In this document: positions 49,942 to 62,175 of the stretch, piece by piece | How the letters are laid out: each line of letters begins with the position of its first letter | Position numbering within the stretch: position 1 is the first letter of the stretch | From: Hemiscyllium ocellatum | Lineage: Eukaryota | Assembly: GCF_020745735.1 (NCBI RefSeq) | Contig: NC_083418.1 | Coordinates: forward strand, 1,116,001-1,180,000 | Reading direction: 5' to 3' | DNA: 64,000 nucleotides | The notes under the pieces: model-generated | What the model was told of the DNA's origin: nothing | The model's input: only the letters and a program-made list of their open reading frames with translations | Database searches by the model: none | Position numbers and translations under genes: made by a program

Positions 49942-50640
49942 AAGGAAATGCCCGCCTTTTACTGTGGTCCATGTTCACACTCCCGTGTGAGGTGCTGTAG
50001 GGATGATTTATTTGTGTTTCGGATATAAAACTTGCATTTGTTCCATTATCTATTTTAAATACCAGCTCACCAACGGAGAAATCTGTCACTATCTAGGTAT
50101 TTGCCATTGTGATTCCATCTGTGGGTGAAAAAGAGGATGAGTTACTCAAAGGTTTGCAACACGTTGTAACACTGTCAAACTTCTTTCCCATTTTTGTGTC
50201 GTTTAAGATCACAGGAGAAACTCATTGATATTTGCCCTTGGAAACATCAGAACACCCAACACTTTGAGCCAAAGCAGGAAACTGGGACTTGAACAGATGG
50301 GTCTCTGATGAACCGCAATGCACAATGGGCAAGATGGCCTTTTCCCACTATGGAAATCTTTGAAGACATGTTGAAAATCATCTGCCACGAAAATATTCAG
50401 AAACTAAAAGAGGAAAGTTAATTTTACTGAGACCAAATAGACAGTGTCTATCGCCTTGTTTTTGTTATTTATTCGGATTTGACACTGTCAAAACTGCGGG
50501 ACGGATCCTATTCCCACTCACGGAATATTTGCTTTGTTCTGCAAACATATTGGTGTACCAGTATTTCGGACCGGTTTTCCAATGCAGGCAGTTCGTTCGT
50601 TTTGTCCGAAACCTTATTAAGGTTAACATAAAACAAACAG

Positions 50641-51065
50641 CTGCAGTTGTTGGAAATCTAAGCCAAAAACGAAAATTGATAGAGAAACTCAGCAAGCCTG
50701 GTAACATTTGTGGAGAGAAACAAAGTCAATATTTAAGTACGGCACAATCAGATTAATTAAACATTTTTCGAGAATAATGCCGGGAGAATGATCACTAATA
50801 TCTGTCGAACCACAACTCTACCCGCTCCATATGCTCCACAAACGCTCAGATAGCCATCTATTCTAGTCCCGATTTCCAGCCTTGAACCAAAATCTTGTGG
50901 GTTCTGATGTTTCCAGGGAAAATATCAATGTGGTTATCCTGTGATCTTAAATGACACAACAATGGGACAAAAGTTTGACAATGTATTATAAACTCTTTTG
51001 AAGAACTCATCCTCATTTCACCCACAAAGGGAGACTCATAGTCAGGTATCTAGAGTGGCAGAGTC
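50641..51065 (+). repeat. Partial fourth copy of the unit (direct repeat of 38247-38695)
   Basis: gcagttgttggaaatctaagccaaaaacgaaaattgatagagaaactcagcaa... and gatgtttccagggaaaatatcaatgtggttatcctgtgatcttaaatg, nearly identical to 38247-38560. Confidence 0.92.
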
Positions 51066-54000
51066 TAGTGCACTCACTGCATTTGAAAGTCTGGATATAT
51101 AGACAGAAACGGTTCGGAGTGATAAGGGATAAATGTTCGCAATTGTATCTAAATTAATTTTGGATATGTAGTCAGCACAGGCGAGTTGAATTGGGAGGTC
51201 TGTTTCCGTGCTCGGCATTATTGACAGGCTCCAATAGCTGACGCCAGTTTGAATCGATTATTTGCAGAAGTGCATGTTGCTCATCGCTTTGTTAGCGTGG
51301 TTGCTTAGCTTTCTCGAAGTTGGTAGTTCGAAACCACTTCAGAATGAAGCTTTGTCTGGACTGTTACAGCCAATGACCATTTTCTGTTACACGTTCACAA
51401 CTTCTCTGACAAAGATTTTGCCTGCTGAAAAATACTTCACTAATCATGTTAGCCCCTTATCTCACCAGCGAATCCAAAAGAAAGAGAGTTCTTAATGTGG
51501 AGCAGAAGCAATGCTGACAATGACAAACCATTTTCAGACACACCAAAGAATAAATGTTCTCTGTGAGGCAGTTCGCATCGTCTGGGTCACGAACTGCTCC
51601 CACAAATGGCAGTGCCAAACGATGTTTCCAAACGTACTGGAGCCTGCGTTTACCGCCACTTCCTGGAAAGTGTTAAAGTGACATCAAACAGAACAAAATA
51701 ACAATGCAAAACGAAAAGAGAGCCAGTCACCAATACGTTAGGGCAACAGTGCACATTACATAACAGGGCATCAGTTGAGAAATGTACTGTTAGGTGTAAC
51801 AAAACATTGCATAGTGAAATGGGTATTAAGTATACGCATATTCCTTGAAAGTAGCTGGGCATTCCTGATCTGCAACAAATGGCGACAAGAGTATAGGCCT
51901 CTGCAATTCCCATAAACGGTCAATTTAAAAGGTATAAGCATATTTTCACAATATATAGAGATACAGTAATTGAAATTTTGGTCAACTCAGAGAGAAAATG
52001 GTCCCAAGTATCTACATATTTATTGAATTTTCCGAAGAAGCATTTGAAAAAAAAAACGTTTGAGGTACAATTAATCACTTAAGTTTTGCAACGGTCCAAA
52101 GACAAATCTTTCCAATTCCTTCATAGATTTGAAAGCATGTGAATTATGATAAGTAGAATAATATTTAGACAGTACATGACCTTCCATGTGTATTTAGCTG
52201 ATGTCAATATAAGTCAAAGACATATTCTCAACCCCCATGTAAAACGATCACAAACTTGGTTAACTCGAATGCATCTATACTTCGCTGAAAATATTTAAAT
52301 AATCTACTTAAACCATAACTGCAGAAAGACAAATTCAAGGATTCACGTTTGTCGAAGGTTATATTATACAGTAAATATAACTAAACCATCACTAATCCTT
52401 TCGCAATATCAACCATTAGACGGTTGCATAAAGTGACGGCTGCTTCAGCTCTCTACTAAATATCAGGGAAAGTAGTACCTTGATGATTCAGGCAGTCCGT
52501 GAGCTGAAAAGCAAATGCTCATTTTCGAAGGCTCATAATCGAACATTAAAAATAATTCACAGCATTTTTCTCTACGAGCAATGCCATTCTTTAGATACCT
52601 GTATAACGCTAACTATTGGAACAGGATGCACCCACTATGTTGAAGACAAAGTCAGAAGACTTCACAGCATTCAGTTTATATGCTGTTGAACCTCCACAAC
52701 ACGTTACAGTAGGTGTCAACATGAAGCCTTCAAAAGAGTAATCATGTCAGTCATGTCATGAAGTCAATGATGTAACATATTTAGTAATTAGATTCGACTG
52801 CAGAATTCTGAATACAACAGGTAAGTGTGGTGTTTACGTTTAATTGCAATTTGTCAACTAACGTATAATTCATTCAAGAAAAATGCATGCCCCCATATGT
52901 CTCATGCCGCATCAGAGACATCCTCATGAGACGATGATCATTCAGTAATTGCTGTACCAATGTTGAACTCTCTAGTTCATTGTTGCTCCATCTCAGCCCT
53001 GGGTATTTTATTCAATTCACAAGCAATTCAATCCTTTGTTGAAGAATTTTTTCTTCAAGAACACCGAGAAAAATACTTTTGTGGAAGGGTTTCTTGGGAA
53101 TGAGTTCGAGTAAGTGCCCTTCAGGATGATTGTGGGGAAAGGAACAAAAAACAAAATGGAAAGTGCTAACGATGAAGTGCATGAAACCCAATTTCTCATA
53201 CATCAGTATGACATTCTGCTGCTGGACTGTCCAACGATCTTCATGTGAAAATTAGTAGCTGGACATTTTGCTTATTTAGGAACAGAGATGGCGAGTGTTC
53301 ATTCAAAGTAGATCCACTAACAATGACAAAATAGAGGAAACAAATGTTGAACCCTGTGAATGATGATGGACGGATCCCAAGTAAAAATGAGGAATATCCA
53401 TTCCTTCATTGTACCAGTAATTGCCTTCCATATCTGATTTGATGGTTCCATTCATTGCATTTATTGACCTTCCCGAATGGATGCTTCCTGAATCATTCTG
53501 TTTACACCGTCCCTCATACTAAACAATTCTCAACTGATCTTCTGTTTCCTTGTTTCCAATTTTCATGTTTTTCGCAGCAACTGCACGAGCAGGCTCCAGC
53601 AGCAGAAATGACAGCTCGAAAAAGTTCAGAAAAGGAAATGGAGATCTCGCACAACCATCCCTGAGTCCCACATTGACCAAACTTTCCTGCTTTCCACACT
53701 GTGCCAGGCACACTTTGAGTAGGTTGCAGCATTTAGGCTGCCCTATGTTGATGCTGTTTCTGATTTATATCACTTCGTTCTGTTGTCCGATTGCTTAGGA
53801 TCTGGGTTTCGCTCACTCATTTATCAGTCAAAAACTTCCTCTTTTATCCGGAGAAAGACGTTAAATTTCCAACCACCAAATCTGAATTTAATGCCACATT
53901 GAGTTTTTTCAGGATTGTTGGGTTCATTGGTTTTGAAAAAAAACTTGAGACGCTTGTTGCAAACCAGTCTTCTCTATCCAATCTCTTCAGGTGACAAGAT

Positions 54001-55742
54001 TTGTGTGTGGAGATTGAGTGTGAATGGAAATACCCACCGACTCAAGTCAGAAGAAGCAAAACAACAAAGGCAAGAGTATCTAATTTGAGAGAGCAAACTG
54101 TCAGCAAAAGTCAAGTATTGCCAGTTTTTTTTTAAGAATAAAGTTATATGGAAAAGTAACAGCCGTAACATTGAAATGCTTCTGGTGTCATTCTCTATAT
54201 TCTAACATGTCCCACTGCCAGCTCGAAAAGCTTTCTTTTTTTAAATTTGAGAATCAACAGTGCCGTTCCCAAAGCAGTTTTCAAAATATAGGGGATCACT
54301 GAGGCAGGGAACATTTCACTTTTTCAGGGAGAGTTGGTGAAATATTAGATGTCAAGGACCTGTTTTCGCAGACCTTAGTTTCGGACAGAAGGATGACTTC
54401 ATTGTATGGATATTGTGAACATATTACTGAAATATGCCTCACTCCTACCCACATGGTCTTCATTCTGACATGTTTTTTCTTTTCTTCATTCTCAAGTCCT
54501 GTACCATTTTCTTTTACTGGATGTTTAACACAAGCCCCAATATCCCCATGTTGTAATCAAGAATCATACTTGCTCCATATCAGGATTATCCATTGATTGT
54601 GGAATCAGTTTGCTATCGTCCTATTTGACATTAACTAAATCAACAGTGGAATCTGGGACAGAATTCCAAGGGTGGCTGAGCTATCAGATACTCACTAAGA
54701 TATCCCAGACGCGACAGAATGTAACAGTAGAAAGTGGAACTAGTTAAATATTGAATGTGCTTCCCAGCCGTGACTCATGTAATCTCAGAGTGAACACAGC
54801 CAACCTGACCTCCGGGGCACACGCGAAACAAGATCCATCTTATTTGAAGAAACCCAAGTTTAGCATATGGACTACTTAGTACCCAATCCCTATTCAATTG
54901 TTTATTTTTCGCAAAAATATCGTGCTCTTCACGTTGATCAGTGGAATGTTCTCAATGGTCCTGGCTCCAAACCGTTGGGCTGATTTGGTTGGCTTTGAAT
55001 CTTGTTGTGCTTAAAATGTGCTTTGTTGAAAAGGGGGAATTACCATCAGACTATTGTGCATTGATCCCTGTATTTTCCCCCTCTTGCTCCAGAACTTGAG
55101 GTCGGAGCTTTCCAGCTGTCACGTCACACTTCAAATTAACCTTCAACTCTGCCTAATTCCAAAGAATGCAAGAGACACCAACTGAAATAACTTCAACCTT
55201 ATTACGTTTTCCAATTGAGCATTGGCGGAGAAAATGCTGCAATTAACAAATCCGGTAGAGGAATTTGCAAAAATCCACTGCCATAATGTGGCTTGAGGAA
55301 AACACCAGTGGAGATTTTCTTAATAACATGAGAATCATATCCGTTTAAACAGTGACAAGACTTTAAATTGCAACTGGCGTCTGACCAGGAAAGAGGTCTG
55401 GTTTCCTAAATTTGAGACTACAGAGGTAAAAAAGAAGAGGTAAAAATTTGAGACTACAGAGCTAATAGTCTTAAGCATTTTGAAAACTTTAAATCTCATC
55501 TCAAGTCGACTCAGTCCCCAGTGAATATTCCTCAGACAGGAACGGCATAAATGTTAAATACAGATTAAATCCTCCTTGACAATTACAAATGCCTTTCACA
55601 AACATTGAATTGCAGAAATGTCTCCGAGTAAGTCCAGAATTAGAAGAGAGTTAACATTGACTGCTGACAATAAACTTACACCTGCAAGACCAGCCGTATT
55701 CTATTTGAAGTTGTGTCTCCTGTGTGGGCTGTCTGGATCACT

Positions 55743-56070
55743 CTACAAACATTCTGATCTCCTGATGCTCTTGAAGAGGGGAGAGAAGAGGGTCACGTCG
55801 GTGACGTCACAGGAGTAGCGAGCATTGGACTCGCAGTCAGAACGAGAAAGTGTCACCAGGCTTCTGATGCTATAGGTGCTGGCCGATGCTTGCAGGTAGT
55901 TGCTCGCCTGAACCACTTTCAAAATGATTAATACACCATCCTTCTTCCACTGCACCTCCAACTTAGCGTGATCGAAGTGATTGACGAGGTACATCACAGT
56001 GACATTGCCCTTGGCCTTACCTTTTCCGGAGAACGTGCAAACAGGGTCAGCTGTAGCTGAGATCTCTGAC
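55743..56070 (-). pseudogene. Immunoglobulin light-chain constant exon (kappa/NS4-type), pseudogenised and orphan
   Basis: SQRSQLQLTLFARSPEKV / -1 frameshift ~56018 / AKGNVTVMYLVNHFDHAKLEVQWKKDGVLIILKVVQASNYLQASASTYSIRSLVTLSRSDCESNARYSCDVTDVTLFSPLFKSIRRSECL*. Colinear with the recalled shark kappa C (SEKSQPTLTLMPPSPEEVKAKGTATLVCLADHFYP..VEWKKDG..VQTSNYLRASDSTYS.SSLLTLSGSDWESNARFSCALTHETLSSPLSKSVSRSECV). The first canonical Cys is replaced by Tyr. Confidence 0.9.
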
Positions 56071-56339
56071 TACTTGAAAGACCAGAGAGGGATTATTTGT
56101 CCCTGTGATTCAAAGAGATTTTTAAAATCTGAATGGTAAATGGCAAGACTGTTGTTTTGAAAATTTGTATCCAATATCTAAGAAACCAGGCAAAAGAATA
56201 CACATTTACAAATCTTTGTTTTTTCATGGAACAGCCTGAAGTCCTCCCACCAGCGTACACTCTCGATGCTTCCTTGAAGTATTTTTCAACATTGATGAGA
56301 GACTGATTGGTCACCTAAGGGACGACTGCACTTGGTAAT

Positions 56340-56560
56340 CAGCAGGAGGTTTCTTACAATCGGAGATCGTGCAATACATACGATCTAGTTCGTACCATCA
56401 TCGCGGATCTGAATTTTACTGTCCATCCTTTTCCTGAACTGGGCCCATAACATTTAATGCAATGGCATTTCGGATACTCATCAATGTACTTTCTATAGAT
56501 TGTGATGTTTCCCACTTCAACTACCGTCCCAGACAGTGAATTCCAAATCCGCAAACGTTG
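56340..56560 (-). mobile_element. CR1 3' end fragment
   Basis: RIWNSLSGTVVEVGNITIYRKYIDEY (CR1 WNSLP..FK..LD motif). Confidence 0.7.
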
Positions 56561-56769
56561 GGTAAGTAAAGGTGTTCCTCCACTCTTCGCTAAAGCTCCT
56601 GTCTTTCACACTGAATGCATGTCAACTTGTTATTGAACTTGTAAATAAGAAAAAACAACAGCTTCCTGTTCACCTTATCCCTCAGACGATTTGTGGGCCA
56701 GCAGAAGATAGATTATCCAAAGAGAAACGCTTTCAGATTGGCTGCATGTGCCGGGTGTGTCCAAAATCG

Positions 56770-57170
56770 CTCATTGCTGGGACCTCAACGTTCAATTTCA
56801 AAGTTGGGAGGAAAATTATGTTGTGAAGATAACATTACGGGGCAGACTTGCAGAGTTAGATTCACTGAAGAAACAGAAAACAGACAGATTGTGTATAATT
56901 TGGAACAAAAATATGAAGTTGTTCACTTTATCAGGAAGAATTAGTGTTCTGAATGACGCAATGGAAACAGACTGTACTGTTAAACATACAATTTACGCTA
57001 TGATATTTCGGATATTCCTGGACGATAGCGGAACAATAACTTAAACACTGCTTGCAGTTATCTTATCCGTTTTTAAGAAAAAACATAAATGGATTTGAGG
57101 TGCTTCAGAGGAGTTGTACGCAATTCATCACCGGAATGTGTGAGCTGAGTAATGAGGAAAGATTTGAAAA
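56770..57170 (+). mobile_element. Degenerate CR1 RT fragment
   Basis: gctgggacctcaacgttcaatttc (LGPQLF), KYEVVHFIRKN, gaggagttgtacgcaattcatcaccggaatgtgtgagctgagtaatgaggaaag. Confidence 0.6.
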
Positions 57171-58059
57171 GCTGGTCTTCTCCTAACTACCGTTGAGTAT
57201 ACAGAGGACTTTCCCTGTCCTAAATTGTTCTCCAAACCATTATCTGCCGTCCTCAAGGGCATACCCTCCTACTCCTGACTAGGCGTGGTGTTGGAATTCA
57301 CGGTCCTGTGATATATTGCTTCTATCTGTAACAAAGCTTCCTAGTATTTTTGACCCTCCCTGATTTGTCACAATTTTTTCACTTCAGTCTCCAATCCCAA
57401 CACCCCGATTGAGAGTTGATGTAATTTGTATATTCTTATAGATATATTTACCACAACTCCCTTCAATTTACGAAACAAATGCTGATCCAACTTGCAGATG
57501 AAAAATATGGCTTCCTTCATGAAAGCAGGTAAATGGATTCCGTATTTGTATGAAAACATAGCATTTTCCTTGTCTACGTTTTCCTTATCAGACGCATCCT
57601 GAAGCAGTTCAAGACGACAAGAATATGTAGATAGTCTATTCAGCGGCAAATCTGATTCATTCGGGTAAAGGTCTTCAGTTGACTAAGCTTTCCTTGACCA
57701 CCAACGCGGGGAGAAGAGGAGTGATAGTCCTTTCCGTGCTGTACTTCTCTATTAATCAAGGAACCCGGAGAATGAAAGCCTTCTTAACATACTGTTCGAG
57801 GGTTAGCATCAACATCTGCATCTCTTGGAAAAGCTCCAGGGAGATCTGTCCTTCTGAAAGGACATGTCCTGCTGTTCAGTTCCAACTGTTCCGTACAAGC
57901 TGTACAAACTGCTTGAAGCAACTGATGTGACCTCTCAGAATCCTTCTGCCATGCTCTGCTGCAAGATGGAAGGACAATTGCAGAACTTTATCGCAGACAG
58001 TTAGAACGATATTGTTTGTAGTTAAAGGTGAAAGACTTCAACTCCCCGTTGCTCAATAT

Positions 58060-58790
58060 GGAGCAGAGCACATTCGAACTAATTAACTGTGTTAAGTTCT
58101 CTGGAAGTGGAGCCATAGTTAGACAGGGCACTTAAGTTGGCTTTCAGCACATTGGGCCTCATCACTCTTGGCTTTAAGTGTAGAAATTGGGAAGTTATGT
58201 TGCAGTTACGCAGGTTGTCGTTGGTGTTGCACTTGGAGTATTGTGCTCAATTTTCCTCACCTTGGTACACGAACGAATTGACTGTACTAGAATGAGTGGA
58301 GAACGAATTCACTAGGATGTTGCTTGGACTCAATGGCCTGGCTGCCTTGGGGAGAATGGACAAGTTAGCACACGTTTGTGTAGCGTATAAGACACTGACA
58401 GGGAGGGGACCTCTGTGAGATGTATAATACGATAAGAGGTATAGACAGGGCAAATGCACCCAGTCTGTTACACCAGGGGTGGGGAATCTAGTGTGAAGAG
58501 GCATCAGTTTAAGGTTAGAGGGGAAAGAATAAAATTGAACGTGACCGACAACCTTTTAACACACTGGGTGGTATGCGCACGATGTGAGCTGCCAGCAGAA
58601 TTGGTTGAGGCGCGTAAGTTAACAAAGTTTAAAAGTCATTTGGACCGATACGTGGATACGAAAGGATAAAGAGGAAAGAGGTAAAGTGCAGGTAAATTGG
58701 GTTCGAATTAATGGATCTTTTGTTCGGCTCAGATTAGTTTGAGTCAATGGTCCTGCTCCGTACTGTAGGACTCTATGGCTCGATGACTGT
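58060..58790 (+). mobile_element. CR1 LINE 3' region with tail
   Basis: cacttggagtattgtgctcaattt (HLEYC.QF), aggggtggggaatctagtgtgaagaggcatcagtttaaggttagagggg, and tail ggtcctgctccgtactgtaggactctatggctcgatgactgtatga. Confidence 0.8.
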
Positions 58791-59649
58791 ATGACCAACG
58801 GCAAGTCCATTGGTAATGAGTCAATTGGCTAGAAACACCTTGTTAGTCACACACTAATTAATTTTAGTCCCCATTAATTTTAGCTATATTGCCAGTGAGA
58901 GCCCACAGAACCCATCTTCACTCTCCAGGGCTTTGATCGCTGCATCCACCATCACGTGAACTCCCATGAAACAGTCCTGTTGGTCGTCCACTATGGAGGG
59001 CTAATCCCAGTGGTTTCAATGAATTTATCAGGATGTGAAACAAACCAGTTTCTAATATATATGTTCCCCATTCCCCAATCACATACATAATGACACAGAC
59101 TCTTCTACATTCTTCAAACACCATTGGGCATGGTTATTCAGTATCAGCAAAGCACCATCAGAGCAGCATTTGGGGCTAGGATTTGTTATTAGAATCTAAT
59201 ATGTCTCACAGCAATATTTTCGTTTCCCGTTTTCATGCCGAGGTAAAGGCCAGATGTTGACCCCGGAATAATTTTGCTTTGTATCCAGTAACTGTGTTAG
59301 AAATAATGAACACCGGTTGCATAACGTATGAAAGAGATTGTACACTCTGTGTTGGTACTGACTCATACTCAGGAATGAAAGCTTGGCAATGATATTTTTG
59401 ACAAAAGAAATGCACTTCTAATAGCGGCCAGTAAAGAACATTCATTTCGCTAGAACTCACATAGATTTCATTCAAGTAGAGGCAACATTTAGTCCAATTA
59501 TTCTGTCGTCATTTAGTGCTGTATTTTCAAATTGACATGCGCCTCAAAAATGATTCATTCCATCAAAATATAAACGGTGAACTGAAGCTGCCTTAATTTG
59601 ATTGTAGATTGAACAAAAACTAACTCTCTCCCTAGAGTCCAACATCTGC

Positions 59650-59655
59650 TATAAA
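59650..59655 (+). promoter_or_regulatory. Putative TATA box of the GPCR gene
   Basis: CTATAAATA, with TATAAA starting 53 nt before the inferred ATG at 59703. Confidence 0.5.
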
Positions 59656-59702
59656 TATCATCATTTTTTTCTTTGATCTGCGTTTTCAGACTCCAAGGAG
59701 AA

Positions 59703-59772
59703 ATGCATGCATTTCTAACAGGTCTAGTTTTCGCCATTTATTATCTCATCCTTGCAGGTATCGGTCTTCCAG
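59703..59772 (+). CDS. GPR139/GPR142-like GPCR, exon 1 (MHAFLTGLVFAIYYLILAGIGLP + G, phase 1)
   Basis: ATG at 59703; hydrophobic first half of TM1 ending at CCAG|GTATTG, donor at 59773. Joins in frame to the acceptor at 61148-61149 to give ...GIGLPANVGVV (TM1 GxPxN motif). Confidence 0.85.
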
Positions 59773-61149
59773 GTATTGTAGTTCCTTTGTAATTGTTTGC
59801 TCTGTTAAATTACAAAAGGAATTTAACAATTTTATCAGCACTATTTCTCTTTATTGAATTTTTTGCATTGATGGTATTAGTTTTAACATGATCTCTTCAA
59901 TGAGCAGCCACATGTTTGTGTCAAGATACCAACATCAACCACAAATTGGGATCATACTGTATTTACTTCACTGTTATAACAATCCAGTTTTTCAAATTAC
60001 GTTTGAATTGTCTAACCTTTACATATCCATGCTAGTTTCCTGGGTCTGGTGCTATTTGAGCAGTTTGATTGTATACTATGTCTTTGCACTGCGAAAATCA
60101 GACAATGAAAACGAGATGTACTGATAGAACTTTGCTCGTTAATTAACTAACAATTAATGTGATGTCACTGTAGTTCAGTTAGTGCAGTATAAAGTACCCA
60201 GTTTGTGAACTCTCAGTTTTCAGGAGGTAAATTATTTTCTATTGTGTGTGTTTTTTTTAAATATAACTACTGATTCTCTCGTTTAATCAACATCATTTAA
60301 GAAATTTGGGAATGCATGTCTGTTGCACTTTTGCCTCTGAGAGAGTCAACATAACAGTCACAAATGCTTCATTGAGTGATTCCTCAAGTAACTTTTAAAA
60401 TATTTATTGAGGTTATTGGCTAAAGCAATGAAAAGTTTGTATTTTTTTTTCCTTTAATGGACTGGTGATTGCCACTGCTCCCAGAGTACCGGTCTGGTAA
60501 TAGGCACCAATTCTTCCTCCACTCCACCTTCATGTTCACTGCTGCTGCTTACGGAATGATAATTGAAAATGCGAGTGTTAATTCTACTGCTGGTACACAT
60601 GAAATGTTCAAGACTCTTCCTCCTTTCATGTCTAGCTTCATAATTCAGTAAATCTTCTGAAATGCTGCCTGTCTGTCTCATCTAATTCACGCTGTTATTG
60701 CTTGACATTAAAGTGCATAAATCACATATGTTTTGATTCTGAAGGGCCATTTCATTCGAGAGGAAGCAACACATTGAGAGACAGTTGCGCTGAATATGAC
60801 TGCATCGTGTCCCTGATTCGGCGTTTCAAACATTGATTGATGCCAAAAATGACCGTTACTCTAAACAGAAGATTTTTTTTCTTTGTTTTCAGTTTCAGTA
60901 TCGGTTAGATTTTATCTTGCACTTCATTATTTCAGATTAGATTATTTAGCGATCCTAACCTTCTGAGGTCCTTATCTGAAAGATCAATATCTTAAACCTT
61001 AGAAGTTTTACCCCTGAGTGGATAACCATTGAGTCAAGTGTGTGTATTTAACATGGAATAGTCTTCAATGGATAATTTATTTTGGTGTCCTCGCTCTATC
61101 TCAAACATACATTTTATACCTTCTTCTATTGTGCCCGCTTCTATTGCAG

Positions 61150-62045
61150 CTAACGTAGGAGTGGTTGTCATACTAGCCCGAAGTAGATGCGGTCTTTCCA
61201 GATGTGTGATATATTATTTACTATCAATGGCTGTGGCGGACATTATCGTTATGTTTACCATCGTGTTATTAAACCGTATTGCTGGAATGTATTTCCGAAT
61301 CAGTTTCTTGTCCATTACACCAATCTGCAGCTTTCGTAATGCTTTAAGTTTTGCAGCGCTCGACAGTTCTGCCTGGTTGACAGTTGCTTTCACTTTTGAT
61401 CGGTTTATTGCCATTTGTTGTCAGAGACAGAAAATAAAATATTGCACCCATCGGACTGCAGCCTGGGTTATAGGAATCATTTCCATGCTTATCTGTATCA
61501 AGAATATCTTCATGTATTTTATATATGAATCCAGAAAAACAATTAAAGGAATACCCTGGTTCTGTGACATAAAAGACACCTTTTATGCGTCACAGGCATG
61601 GATCACGTACGACTGGATTCGATCTATTTTGTCTCCTTGTCTCCCATTCATTTTGATTTTAGTACTTAATGCTCTGACTGTTAGACACGTTTTCATTGCC
61701 AGTAAAGCCCGCAGGAGATTCAAAACACATGTAAATCGAGAATATAATAATGATCCAGAAATAGAAAAGCGAAAAAAAACTATCATTTTACTCTTCACCA
61801 TCTCGGGCAGTTTCATCCTGTTAAATTTATTACGTTTTGCAACAATTGCTTACGTTCGAACTGCAAAAGTCACTTATCCTTCCGGTTCCGATCTCAATGA
61901 TGTCACATTTGTTCTCCAGGAATCGGGATTTATGCTTCAGTTGTTGAGCTCATGTATCAACCCATTTATTTATGTTGGAACACAGAATAAATTCAGAGCC
62001 GAGTTAAAGAATCAGCTGAAATTTCTGTTGAATGTTTTCATGTAA
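61150..62045 (+). CDS. GPR139/GPR142-like class A GPCR, exon 2 (spliced product 321 aa, apparently intact)
   Basis: Polypyrimidine tract plus TTGCAG| acceptor; TM2 YLLSMAVADI, TM3 FTFDRFIAICC (DRF), TM5 PCLPFILILVLNALT, ICL3 KRKKTIILLF, TM7 SSCINPFIY (NPxxY), helix 8 QNKFRAELK; TAA at 62043-62045; ATTAAA at 62056. Confidence 0.93.
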
Positions 62046-62099
62046 ATGTTGAAAGATTAAATTAAGATTTAAAGTAAGATTAAAGTAAGAAATTTCAAT

Positions 62100-62175
62100 A
62101 GCTTTTCATAAACCTGTTGGACTGTAAACTGATGTTGTGTGATTTTTAACTTTGTACCGCTCTGTCCAACACTGG
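62100..62175. mobile_element. Single arm of the foldback family seen at 26222
   Basis: aaacctgttggactgtaaactgatgttgtgtgatttttaactttgtaccgctctgtccaacactggcgtctc. Confidence 0.75.

Larger units (their letters stand above)
46590..50320. repeat. Segmental unit copy B (inverted relative to A, direct relative to C)
   Basis: The minus strand of 50320 to 47330 reproduces 38480-40371 + 43211-43610; 46590-47500 aligns with 21860-22780. Confidence 0.9.

Noticed and set aside
51262-51495. ORF with a signal-peptide-like start (MLLIALLAWLLSFLEVGSS)
   Set aside because: Short, with no splice donor after the hydrophobic stretch and no recognisable mature domain.
55408-55461. 17-bp direct repeat aatttgagactacagag
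   Set aside because: A simple local duplication with only two copies; not an array or CRISPR-like structure.
57500-57530. aaaaatatggcttccttcatgaa resembling the reverse complement of the U6 snRNA 3' end
   Set aside because: The match stops after ~23 nt and lies in LINE-like debris.
61068-61149. N-terminal 27 aa of the 325-aa ORF (MDNLFWCPRS...)
   Set aside because: Intronic read-through over the polypyrimidine tract and AG acceptor; the upstream exon gives a proper TM1.
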